A stretch of 57,464 bases of DNA from Faecousia sp. (GTDB taxonomy: Bacteria > Bacillota > Clostridia > Oscillospirales > Oscillospiraceae), in contig JAZNZZ010000120.1 in the NCBI GenBank assembly GCA_045595205.1, forward strand, positions 1 through 57,464, in the 5' to 3' direction. The notes under the pieces were generated by a model. That model was not told the origin of the DNA. It was given only the letters and a program-made list of their open reading frames with translations, and ran no database searches. This document shows, piece by piece, positions 47,457-56,266 of the stretch. Position 1 is the first letter of the stretch. The number at the start of each line of letters is the position of its first letter. Position numbers and translations under genes: made by a program.

Positions 47457-49550
47457 TTAGTAGAAAAGAATATCTGAGTAGGTAGGGTAGGGCCAGTAGG
47501 ACTTGGCTGTCAGCTTTTCCAGGAAGTCGGCATCCTTGCGAACTTTATCCATATAGGGAATAACAACACTGCTGTAATACTCCATAGCGTCTGCAGTATC
47601 CCCGGGCACCTGTTTCAGTGCAGAATAAAGCTGCTCTGCAGTTTCGTAAAGGCTGTCGGTGCGCTGAGACATACGCTCTGCAATGGATGCTTCTGCCTTA
47701 GAAGTGATCCTGCCACCGGAAGCAGTTTGTTTCCGCAGGATCGCTTCTGAGAGATCAGATGTATAGCGCAGTGCTGCCGGGAGGATCTGGTGCATAACCA
47801 TATCCACCATTGTCCGTGCTTCGATATGGATCATCTTATTATAGGATTCCATATAGATCTCATAACGGGCGTGGAATTCGTGCTCGGTGTAGATCCCGTG
47901 TTTTGTTACAAGATCAATATTTTTCCGTGACATATAGGTTGGAAGCGCTTTTGCAGTAGAGGGGAGATTGCTCAAGCCTCTGCGGGCAGCTTCCTCCTGC
48001 CACTGCTCTGAATAGCCGTTGCCGTTAAAGATGATCCTCTGGTGGGCTGTCAGAGTGTCACAGACAAGCTTTTGAAGTGTGGCATCAAAGTCATCTGCTG
48101 CTTCCAAAACCTCCGCAAAACGGCTCAGCTCCTCTGCCATTATGGTGTTGAGCGTGGTGTTGGGGTCTGCGATGGATTGGGAGGAGCCCAGCATACGGAA
48201 CTCAAATTTGTTACCGGTAAATGCAACAGGAGATGTACGGTTCCGGTCTGTCGTATCCTTAGGCAGGACCGGCATAACATCCACGCCGATCCGCATCAGG
48301 CTTTTCTCAGGATTGGTGTAGTTGGAACCGTTTATAATGGATTCTACAACAGCGGTCAACTCGTCACCAAGGAATATGGAGATGATAGCCGGAGGTGCTT
48401 CGTGTGCGCCAAGACGATGGTCATTTCCTGCAAATGCAACAGAGCAGCGCAGAAGCTCCTGATACTCATCGATGCCTTTGATAAAAGCGGCAAGGAATAC
48501 CAAAAACTGTGCGTTTTGTCTGGGTGTTTTTCCGGGGTTAAAGAGGTTCTTGCCGGAATCCGTGCACAGTGACCAGTTGTTGTGCTTACCGGAGCCGTTA
48601 ACACCTTCAAAAGGCTTTTCGTGGAGAAGACACACAAGATCGTGCTTCGCGGCACACTTCTTCATCACCATCATAATCAGCTGGTTGGAATCACAGGCGC
48701 TGCTGGCATCGGTATAGATCGGAGCCAACTCGTGCTGGCAGGGAGCACCTTCGTTGTGTTTTGTCTTGGAAAGGACTCCCAGCCGCCAGAGCTGCTCATC
48801 CAGATCCCGCATAAAGTTGGAAACTCTTGTACGGATGGTTCCGAAATAGTGGTCATCCAGTTCCTGACCCTTGGGCGGTGTTGCGCCAAAGAGTGTGCGC
48901 CCGGTAAGACGAAGATCCTCACGCTGTGCATAGAAGGACCTGGGGATCAGGAAATACTCCTGTTCAGCGCCAACGGAGACCTGTACGTGTTTTGTATCGT
49001 TATCTCCAAAAAGACGGAGGATCCTAACAGCTTCTCTTGAAACCTCATCGATGGAGCGAAGAAGCGGCGTCTTTTTATCAAGTGCATCACCGGTATAAGA
49101 GAAAAAGCAAGTAGGTATGTATAAGCTTCCGTCTTTTACAAATGCAAACGCAGTAGGATCCCAGGCTGTATAACCTCTTGCTTCAAAGGTGGCACGAAGT
49201 CCGCCGGAAGGGAAGGAGGATGCGTCCGGTTCGCCCCGGACAAGCTCCTTACCGGAAAATTCCATAATAACCTTGCCTTCACCAACGGGGGAGATAAAGG
49301 AATCGTGCTTTTCTGCAGTGATACCGGTCATTGGCTGGAACCAATGGGTGTAATGGGTTGCACCTTTTTCCGTTGCCCAAAGCTTCATTGCCTCGGCGAT
49401 TTCGTTTGCAACATCCAGGGTGAGAGGGTTATCGTTTTCAATACAGTGTTTCCAGGCCTCGTATGTTTTTTCGTTGAGTCTTTCTTTCATTGTTGACTCA
49501 TTAAAAACATCTGTGCCAAATAATTCAGGGACTGAGATATACTCGCTCAT
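47457..49550 (-). CDS. glnA: Glutamine synthetase type III
   Basis: About 700 aa; THYTHWFQP, EPDASSFPSGG, EQEYF, HEKPF.GVNGSGKH, DHRLG, DRNRTSP, FEFR. Confidence 0.95.
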   Translation of the reverse strand: MSEYISVPELFGTDVFNESTMKERLNEKTYEAWKHCIENDNPLTLDVANEIAEAMKLWATEKGATHYTHWFQPMTGITAEKHDSFISPVGEGKVIMEFSGKELVRGEPDASSFPSGGLRATFEARGYTAWDPTAFAFVKDGSLYIPTCFFSYTGDALDKKTPLLRSIDEVSREAVRILRLFGDNDTKHVQVSVGAEQEYFLIPRSFYAQREDLRLTGRTLFGATPPKGQELDDHYFGTIRTRVSNFMRDLDEQLWRLGVLSKTKHNEGAPCQHELAPIYTDASSACDSNQLIMMVMKKCAAKHDLVCLLHEKPFEGVNGSGKHNNWSLCTDSGKNLFNPGKTPRQNAQFLVFLAAFIKGIDEYQELLRCSVAFAGNDHRLGAHEAPPAIISIFLGDELTAVVESIINGSNYTNPEKSLMRIGVDVMPVLPKDTTDRNRTSPVAFTGNKFEFRMLGSSQSIADPNTTLNTIMAEELSRFAEVLEAADDFDATLQKLVCDTLTAHQRIIFNGNGYSEQWQEEAARRGLSNLPSTAKALPTYMSRKNIDLVTKHGIYTEHEFHARYEIYMESYNKMIHIEARTMVDMVMHQILPAALRYTSDLSEAILRKQTASGGRITSKAEASIAERMSQRTDSLYETAEQLYSALKQVPGDTADAMEYYSSVVIPYMDKVRKDADFLEKLTAKSYWPYPTYSDILFY

Positions 49551-49781
49551 TATCCTCATTCCTTCCCGAAAATCATAAACTCAGACATAATAATTTTATG
49601 CGAAGTAATAGTAAATTGCAATATATAAAAATGTAAAAATCTCACTTGCGTGCAGTGAAGCTGCTTGTATATTCCAACAAAAAACATCCGTGCCACAGAA
49701 TACAAAAAATATTTGTTGAGTTTTTGTCGTAAGAGGTATATAATGGAAACGATAAATTAACGATTGGAAAGGAAGATCGGT

Positions 49782-51056
49782 ATGCAATACGCAAATATGA
49801 CCCGCGACGAGCTGAACAGTGCGTATCAGCTTGTGAAAGAACAGTTTGAGGCCTGTAAGGCAAAGAATTTGAAGCTGAATATGGCCCGTGGTAAGCCCTC
49901 CAAGCTTCAGCTGGATGCAGTCAGCGGTATTCTTCAGACGGTTCAGACAGCTGAGGATTGCGTTGTTGACGGTGTGGATACCCGTAACTACGGCGAGCTT
50001 TCCGGCTTGAAGTGCGCCAAGGAGTACTGGGCAGATGTTCTTGACTGTAAGCCTTCTCAGATCTTTGTAGGCAGCACCTCCAGCTTGAACTTTATGTTCG
50101 ATGTTATCGCCCGTGCCTACAGCCACGGATTGCTTCACAGTGAGCGTCCCTGGTGCAAGGAGGAGAAGGTCAAGTTCCTTTGCCCCAGCCCCGGATATGA
50201 CCGTCACTTTACTGTGACTGAATTCTTTGGAGCTGAGCTTATCACCGTTCCTATGACCGCCACCGGTCCTGATATGGATATGGTTGAAGAGCTTGTAAAA
50301 GATCCTCAGGTCAAGGGTATTTGGTGTGTGCCCAAGTATTCCAACCCTGATGGCATTATTTACTCTGACGAGACGGTTCGCCGCTTTGCTGCGCTGAAGC
50401 CCGCTGCACCTGACTTCCTCATTATGTGGGATAATGCATATTGCATCCACGAGTTTGAGGGCGAATATGTGCCTTTCCCGGATATTATTTCCCTGTGTGC
50501 TGAAGCCGGCAATCCGGATATGGTCTGTGAGTTTGCTTCTACCTCCAAAATCACTCTGGCTGGTGGCGGCATCTCTGTGATGGCTACCTCTGAGGCAAAT
50601 ATCGCTTACTTCACAAAGCTCTTTACCGCACAGATGATCTCTTACGATAAGGTCAATCAGCTGCGCCATGTTAAGTATCTGAAGGACAAGGCAACGACCA
50701 TCGAGATCATGAAGCGTCACGCTGCGATCCTTGGCCCGAAGTTCAATGTTGTTGCTGATATGCTGGATAAGGAGATCAAGCCCCTCGGTTTTGCCAGCTG
50801 GAACAGACCCAAGGGTGGTTACTTCGTCAGCTTTAATACTATGCCCGGCACTGCCAAGCGTGCTCTGGCACTGTGCAAGGAAGCCGGCGTTGAGATGACA
50901 CCTGCAGGCGCTACATATCCCTATGGCAACGATCCCCAGGACAGCAACATCCGTATCGCTCCCAGTTTGCCTCCTGTGGCTGAACTGGAGCAGGCAATGG
51001 ATGTTTTCTGTACCTGTATCAAGCTTGCTGCACTGGAGAAGCTTCTCGGCTGTTAA
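49782..51056 (+). CDS. PLP-dependent aminotransferase class I/II (aspartate aminotransferase-like)
   Basis: LNMARGKP, RNYG, PGYDRHF, VPKYSNPDG, WDNAY, ASTSKIT, PKGGYF, IRIAP. Confidence 0.88.
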   Translation: MQYANMTRDELNSAYQLVKEQFEACKAKNLKLNMARGKPSKLQLDAVSGILQTVQTAEDCVVDGVDTRNYGELSGLKCAKEYWADVLDCKPSQIFVGSTSSLNFMFDVIARAYSHGLLHSERPWCKEEKVKFLCPSPGYDRHFTVTEFFGAELITVPMTATGPDMDMVEELVKDPQVKGIWCVPKYSNPDGIIYSDETVRRFAALKPAAPDFLIMWDNAYCIHEFEGEYVPFPDIISLCAEAGNPDMVCEFASTSKITLAGGGISVMATSEANIAYFTKLFTAQMISYDKVNQLRHVKYLKDKATTIEIMKRHAAILGPKFNVVADMLDKEIKPLGFASWNRPKGGYFVSFNTMPGTAKRALALCKEAGVEMTPAGATYPYGNDPQDSNIRIAPSLPPVAELEQAMDVFCTCIKLAALEKLLGC

Positions 51057-51069
51057 GTATATACAATTG

Positions 51070-51100
51070 CACCGCAGAGTTCTCTCTGCGGTGTTTTGTT
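51070..51100 (+). terminator. Intrinsic terminator
   Basis: CACCGCAGAG-TTCT-CTCTGCGGTG followed by TTTTGTT. Confidence 0.78.
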
Positions 51101-51136
51101 GCATATTTATCTCAAATATGCTATACTAACACAGAG

Positions 51137-51550
51137 GTGTTAGCTGTGCTGAAAGAATTTTTCAATAAATACCGTCAAGGGATCCTGTATCTTTTCTTCG
51201 GGGTCGTTACTACTGCGGTAAATTTTCTGGTTTATTATCCACTCTATAATTTTTGCGGTTTATCCGCGACATTTTCAGATATAATCGCGTGGATCGTATC
51301 TGTTTTAACGGCTTTTTTTACAAATAAGCCATTTGTATTTCAAAGTAAAGATTGGTCTTTGAAGACTGTCATTCCTGAGTTTTGGAAGTTTGTTCTCAGC
51401 AGAGCTGGCTCCGGCTTGCTGGAGATCCTTTCCATTTTCCTGCTTACTGATGTTTTGCTGCTTAACGGAAATATCGTTAAGATCATTGTAAGCGTTGCTG
51501 TCGTAATTCTGAATTATATTTTCAGCCGATTTCTTGTATTTAAGAAATAA
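51137..51550 (+). CDS. GtrA family small membrane protein
   Basis: YLFFGVVTTAVN, AFFTNKPFVF, KFVLSR, NYIFSRFLVF; four TM segments. Confidence 0.9.
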   Translation: MLAVLKEFFNKYRQGILYLFFGVVTTAVNFLVYYPLYNFCGLSATFSDIIAWIVSVLTAFFTNKPFVFQSKDWSLKTVIPEFWKFVLSRAGSGLLEILSIFLLTDVLLLNGNIVKIIVSVAVVILNYIFSRFLVFKK

Positions 51551-51551
51551 T

Positions 51552-51580
51552 AAACTCCCGGACAAGGATCCGGGAGTTTT
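51552..51580. terminator. Bidirectional terminator between gtrA and the gatD-like gene
   Basis: AAACTCCCGGA-CAAGGA-TCCGGGAGTTTT. Confidence 0.8.
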
Positions 51581-51584
51581 AAAT

Positions 51585-52292
51585 TCAGCAAGGGACAACA
51601 GGGTCTTTAAATTCCTTAAGACGCTGATAGTAAGCATCCATTGCAGCATCGCGGTATGCTGCCCGGACCTCCAAGCCGCAGAGAGAAAGCAGATATTCGC
51701 AGAACAGGGGATTCAGAGGAAGAATGGGTCCCAGGAGCTGTGTGCAAATCAGATTATTTTTCCGCAAGCCTTCCAGTTCTGAGTTTCTGTTGATGCCAAT
51801 ACCGCGCTTGACCTTTACAAAATAGCTGTCATCATTATTGCCGTAGAGCATACTGAACTGAGAGCGGAAGCCCAGGATCTCAATACCGTTAAAATCCGCA
51901 AGAACCTTTCCGTTATAGCGGTCAAAAAGATCAGTTTTGACATCGATATCAAAGATGCCAAGACCTTCCACAGAGATCTCTTCTGTAACATAATCTATCT
52001 TTCTGCAGAAGATCTCACCGGCGTTGCCGGTAGCCAAAAGGGGAGTTCCTTTGTCTATAAGCTCCAGAAGTCTCGCTCTGTAAGGTGATAATTTTTCAAT
52101 AGCTCTTCTTTGAACAGATTCACTCATAGAGCCGATATAAATAAGGTCAGGATCATTGTCAACAAAATAGGGAACATCGGTAATTTTTGTATAAACAAAC
52201 TGTGCATCAGGCAATGTTGCTTCCAGATATTTGGAATTCTGTCCGTCTCCAAAGAGGTTACAGGACTCGTTAAAAAGAATTTCAATTACCAT
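51585..52292 (-). CDS. GatD/CobQ-like glutamine amidotransferase-fold protein lacking the catalytic Cys and His
   Basis: NLFGD..N, DLIYIG, EGLGIFD, GIGIN..EG..KNN, GPILPLNP match GatD. LATGNAGE replaces LAICGGYQ and TQLLGP replaces TYxHGP. ATG 52292 behind AAAGGAG. Confidence 0.82.
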   Translation of the reverse strand: MVIEILFNESCNLFGDGQNSKYLEATLPDAQFVYTKITDVPYFVDNDPDLIYIGSMSESVQRRAIEKLSPYRARLLELIDKGTPLLATGNAGEIFCRKIDYVTEEISVEGLGIFDIDVKTDLFDRYNGKVLADFNGIEILGFRSQFSMLYGNNDDSYFVKVKRGIGINRNSELEGLRKNNLICTQLLGPILPLNPLFCEYLLSLCGLEVRAAYRDAAMDAYYQRLKEFKDPVVPC

Positions 52293-53664
52293 TTTTAGCT
52301 CCTTTCCCAAGTGCCACCAGACCGATCTTCACATTTTCTGCATCCACGGGTCGGTACAATTCGTGAAGGACATAGATGTGCTTGCATTTTTGAGGATCGA
52401 CGAATTTGGTGCTATCAGCGCAGTTCTCGCTAATGGAAATTTTATTTTCGTCGACACCTGCCAGAAGTGCACGCAGGAGGTGATCCTTACAGCGCGGACC
52501 GCCGAAGATCACCTGCTTGACAGAAGGATCTGCAAGGGCAGTATAGTCACAGTCGTAAAGCCAGCAGGTGCTTTCGGAATTGTTGATGTTATCGTCTTTG
52601 TCGTCCACCACCAAAATTGCACACTTGTCATCGAATGGTGCTTTCGCTACATAGTCGTAGCACCGCGCACAGGCAATGGGATTCTGTCCCTTTGCCATCA
52701 GCATTGTAATGCTCAGTTCACCTGCCTCGATCTCTTCAAAACGGGTCTTAACGATTTTCGTCTTTGCAAAACCCTTGCTGATCTGTTCGTAGGTAAGCCC
52801 GATCTCGTGAAGAACAGAAATAGCTGCGGCAAAATTATAGACATTTACAATGTTATCATTGATCAAATTATAGGTTTCCGTACCACCGGGAACTTCAATT
52901 GTAAATGTGTCATTATCCCGGTCGATTTCCGTTACGAGATAATCCGGTTCGGGAGAACGGAAGCTGCAGGCAGGGCAGTAAAGACGGCCGATATGGTTAT
53001 AGCGGACATATTCGGATTCCAGAATTTCTCCGCATTCGGGGCAATAAACAATATCTTTGATGTGTTGAGGAATATTCTCCTCCGGCTTTTCGGCAGATAA
53101 ACCGAAGTGCACACATTTCTGATCCTTTTTACCAAGAGAGCTTGCAATAATATCATCAGCATTTAAAATAAGCTTTGTGGAGGAGGGGAGGGCCTTGCTG
53201 ATAATAAAGCTGATAAATTCTGTATGTGCATTGCGCTTTAAGGAGTCTCGCATAATGTTGTTGCACACCAGATAATCCGGCTTCAAATAAGGGTAGATCA
53301 GAAGGGAGCTGCGCTCGTCCACTTCAAGAACTGCAATGTCCTTCTTTGGTTTTCCAAAGAAGGTCGTGTCCTCGATCAGTGCAGAGATCACACCTGCCTG
53401 AACATTGGAGCCGAAGCTGTTATTTGTGATGCTGTAGCCGTTTTCGGTAAGGACCGAAGAAAGAAGGTTACTTACAGTTGTCTTGCCGTTTGTACCGGTC
53501 ACAGCAATTACCGTTTTAGGAGGGGTGAGATGCTTCAGAAAGTCAGGAGAAAGCTTTGTAGCGATCTTGCCGGGAAGGAAGGTCGCATTTCGGCCAAGCA
53601 GCTTCATTAAGATCTGGGCAAGATTGGCGGTGAACAATGCAATATAGTACCGAATTCTTTTCAT
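52282..53664 (-). CDS. MurT-like Mur ligase (DUF1727 C-terminus, Zn finger), divergent subtype
   Basis: PGKIA, VTGTNGKTT, GSN..AG, LEVDE, NADD, CPEC..CPAC, WLYDCDY, GPRCKD; overlaps the gatD-like start. Confidence 0.85.
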   Translation of the reverse strand: MKRIRYYIALFTANLAQILMKLLGRNATFLPGKIATKLSPDFLKHLTPPKTVIAVTGTNGKTTVSNLLSSVLTENGYSITNNSFGSNVQAGVISALIEDTTFFGKPKKDIAVLEVDERSSLLIYPYLKPDYLVCNNIMRDSLKRNAHTEFISFIISKALPSSTKLILNADDIIASSLGKKDQKCVHFGLSAEKPEENIPQHIKDIVYCPECGEILESEYVRYNHIGRLYCPACSFRSPEPDYLVTEIDRDNDTFTIEVPGGTETYNLINDNIVNVYNFAAAISVLHEIGLTYEQISKGFAKTKIVKTRFEEIEAGELSITMLMAKGQNPIACARCYDYVAKAPFDDKCAILVVDDKDDNINNSESTCWLYDCDYTALADPSVKQVIFGGPRCKDHLLRALLAGVDENKISISENCADSTKFVDPQKCKHIYVLHELYRPVDAENVKIGLVALGKGAKNGN

Positions 53665-53686
53665 AATTATCTTCCTTTTGCGTTAT

Positions 53687-53715
53687 CAAGGGCAGTCACT
53701 GCGCGACTGCCCTTG
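53687..53715. other. Intergenic 11-bp hairpin without a U-tract between the ectB-like and murT-like genes
   Basis: CAAGGGCAGTC-ACTGCGC-GACTGCCCTTG. Confidence 0.6.
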
Positions 53716-53720
53716 GATAT

Positions 53721-54977
53721 TTATAGAATTTCTTTGAGAGAATCGCGAATGATCTCAAGTCCCTTCATCAAAAGGGAATCCTCGATCACCAGAGGAGGCA
53801 TAATCTTCAAAACATTGTTGTTGCGACCGACTCTCTCAATGATCAAACCGTTACGGAAGCAGGCAGCAATCAAAGGCTTTGTCATATCAACCTCAAATCC
53901 GGAGAAGTCAATACCCCAAATCAGACCCAGACCGCGGAAAGTGATGCGGGAATCAAGGGAGCAGATCTCATTCTGCAAAAACTCCTTGACAAGCTCGCCC
54001 TTTCGTTTGACCTCGTTTTCAATTCCGTCATTGACAAATATTTCAAGACCTGCTTTTCCGGCAATCAGGGAAAGCTGATTGCCACGGAAGGTACCGGTAT
54101 GCTGACCCGGCTCCCAAATATCGAGCTCAGGCTTGAACAGGACGATGGAAAGGGGCATTCCGCAACCGCCAATGGATTTGGAAATGGTAACAATGTCGGG
54201 CGTAATGCCTGCACGCTCAAAAGAGAAGAATGTACCGGTACGGCCACAGCCTACCTGAATATCATCGGTGATCAAAAGAATGTCGTGCCGGTCGCAAAGC
54301 TGACGGAGCTCCTTAAGCCACTGGGCATCAAACACATTGATACCGCCATCTGCCTGAACCGTCTCCAGAATAATGGCAGCAGGCTTTTCAATGCCGGAGT
54401 GATCGTCTGTGATCAGCCTGTCCATATAGGCTATGGTATCGAAGCCGGGGAACATATCCGGTGTGGGGATGTGGGTCACATTGGGAAGGATCTGACCGGC
54501 GCCTTCTCTGGAGCAGCGGTCCGTTGTCAGAGCGAGAGCACCCATGGTCATACCGTGGAATGCACCCATCATTGCAAAAATATTCTGGAGACCCTTAACC
54601 TTACGGGCAAGCTTTACGGCAGCCTCAACTGCATTTGTACCGGTAGGACCTGCAAACTGGATCTTATAATCAAGACCTCTGGGGGCAAGAATGTTCTCCT
54701 GAAAGTATTCGAGGAAAGCACGCTTGGGGGCAGTGTACATATCCATAGAATGGATGATTCCGTCATTCTGGAGATATGCGATCAGCTTTTCATTGATCTT
54801 ATCCGGATTGTGACCATAATTCAATGCGCCTGCACCGGCAAAAAAGTCAACATATTCCTTGCCGTTTTCATCGGTCATAATGGCGCCCTTTGCTTTGGTA
54901 AAGACTGTGGGAAAACTTCTGCAATAAGAACGGACATTGGATTCCACATTTTCAAAAACAGATGTATTCATTTGCAA
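53721..54977 (-). CDS. ectB: Diaminobutyrate--2-oxoglutarate transaminase (EctB/Dat, class III PLP)
   Basis: ESNVRSYCRSFP, DFFAGAGALNYGHN, GPTGTNAVEAA.KLARK, FHGMT.GAL, DDIQVGCGRTG.FFSFE, SKSIGG, HTGTFRGN. Confidence 0.88.
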   Translation of the reverse strand: MQMNTSVFENVESNVRSYCRSFPTVFTKAKGAIMTDENGKEYVDFFAGAGALNYGHNPDKINEKLIAYLQNDGIIHSMDMYTAPKRAFLEYFQENILAPRGLDYKIQFAGPTGTNAVEAAVKLARKVKGLQNIFAMMGAFHGMTMGALALTTDRCSREGAGQILPNVTHIPTPDMFPGFDTIAYMDRLITDDHSGIEKPAAIILETVQADGGINVFDAQWLKELRQLCDRHDILLITDDIQVGCGRTGTFFSFERAGITPDIVTISKSIGGCGMPLSIVLFKPELDIWEPGQHTGTFRGNQLSLIAGKAGLEIFVNDGIENEVKRKGELVKEFLQNEICSLDSRITFRGLGLIWGIDFSGFEVDMTKPLIAACFRNGLIIERVGRNNNVLKIMPPLVIEDSLLMKGLEIIRDSLKEIL

Positions 54978-55013
54978 ATACTTCCTTACTTAATTATTTA
55001 CATACCTTTTGAA

Positions 55014-55042
55014 AGTATAGCACATAGGTATAATAAAATCAA
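55014..55042 (-). promoter_or_regulatory. Sigma-A-like promoter for the ectB-murT-gatD operon
   Basis: TTGATT-17nt-TATACT with an extended -10 TG, minus strand. Confidence 0.6.
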
Positions 55043-55054
55043 GCAAATTCAGAC

Positions 55055-55084
55055 AAAAAACAGCGCCCCCAAATATGGGGGCGC
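55055..55084 (-). terminator. Intrinsic terminator after the Gfo/Idh/MocA gene
   Basis: GCGCCCCC-ATATTT-GGGGGCGC-TGTTTTTT on the minus strand. Confidence 0.82.
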
Positions 55085-55095
55085 CAAAGTGATAA

Positions 55096-56136
55096 TTACT
55101 TGAGAACAGGGTACTTGACCTTAACAGGCATACCGGTTGCACAGGACTCCACAACAGCGTTACAAACAGCAACAGTGGAAGCACCTTCCATAGAAGAGAT
55201 GGGCAGAGGAGTCTCGTCCAGAACGGAGTCAACAAAAGCCTTGATCTCAGCCTTTACATTGTGACCGGAGATGCTTACAGGAATCATCTGAGGGATGTTG
55301 TAGCGGTTGCCGTGCTGTGCAAGAGGCTCATCGCCGCACTCAAACAAGGTCAGGTAGTTGGAACGGTTATCGCAGATAATGGTGCCCTTTGTGCCATAGA
55401 AGCAGGAACGCATCGTGTACTCACGCTTACAGCCGATAGCGGTCAGCACCTTGCCGTTAACATTGTTGGGGAACTTCATAACAGCGATGGAGCAGTCATC
55501 AACAGGCCAGTCGGTCAGGCACTTATGATTGGACAGGGCGTAAACCTCGGTGGGGTCGCCGGCGATCCAACGCAGGAGGTCAATAGCGTGACAGCCGCCG
55601 CCGATCACAGCGTGGCGCTCGGGGGAAACACGCCAGTCATTTGCACCGCGGGCAACACTGTAGTCGTGTGCATACTCACTCTCAACAAAGAAAAGCTCAC
55701 CGATGCGGCCGGAATCAATGATCTCCTTAGCTTTAGCGAAAGAGGGAGCGTAACGGGAGACCTGACCGACCATCAGCTTCAGTCCGGTATCCTTTTCTGC
55801 CTGCATCATCTTCTCACACTCAGTGAGAGTCAGAGCCATAGGCTTCTCACACAGAACGTGCTTGCCTGCACGCAGGAAGGTTTCCGTCATCTCCAGGTGG
55901 AGCTGGTCGGGCATAACGATGATCGCGGCATCCACTGCGGGATCGTTAACATAGTCGTGCCAATCGTTGGTGGTGTGCTCAGGATGATACAGGGCAGCTG
56001 CGGACTCTACACGGCTCTGGTCGATGTCGCAGATACCGTAAAGGTTAGCGCGCTCGTTTTCATAAACAGCCTTGATGTGGCGCTTGCCCATACCGGAGCA
56101 GCCGATGACAACCAAATTCAGTGAATCTTTTTTCAT
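55096..56136 (-). CDS. Gfo/Idh/MocA family NAD(P)-dependent oxidoreductase
   Basis: VIGCSGMG, PDQLH, AGKHVLCEKP, GRIGE, GGGCHAIDLL; ATG 56136 behind AAGGGG. Confidence 0.92.
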   Translation of the reverse strand: MKKDSLNLVVIGCSGMGKRHIKAVYENERANLYGICDIDQSRVESAAALYHPEHTTNDWHDYVNDPAVDAAIIVMPDQLHLEMTETFLRAGKHVLCEKPMALTLTECEKMMQAEKDTGLKLMVGQVSRYAPSFAKAKEIIDSGRIGELFFVESEYAHDYSVARGANDWRVSPERHAVIGGGCHAIDLLRWIAGDPTEVYALSNHKCLTDWPVDDCSIAVMKFPNNVNGKVLTAIGCKREYTMRSCFYGTKGTIICDNRSNYLTLFECGDEPLAQHGNRYNIPQMIPVSISGHNVKAEIKAFVDSVLDETPLPISSMEGASTVAVCNAVVESCATGMPVKVKYPVLK

Positions 56137-56266
56137 AAATAATCTTCCCCTTTTCAATTTTTTGTGATAATATAATTATAACATCAACTTTGAGTACTTT
56201 CAAGTCTCTTTTGTTGCAAAGATTACTCAATTTGTTAGAATGATTTTCTTTTGAAAGGTGATACAA

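Noticed and set aside
49596-51104. 502-aa minus-strand ORF opposite the aminotransferase
   Set aside because: Antisense shadow; the plus-strand gene has the family motifs, RBS and terminator.
53721-54977. Ectoine biosynthesis cluster
   Set aside because: Only ectB is present; there is no ectA, ectC or ask in the window, and the operon partners are cell-wall genes.
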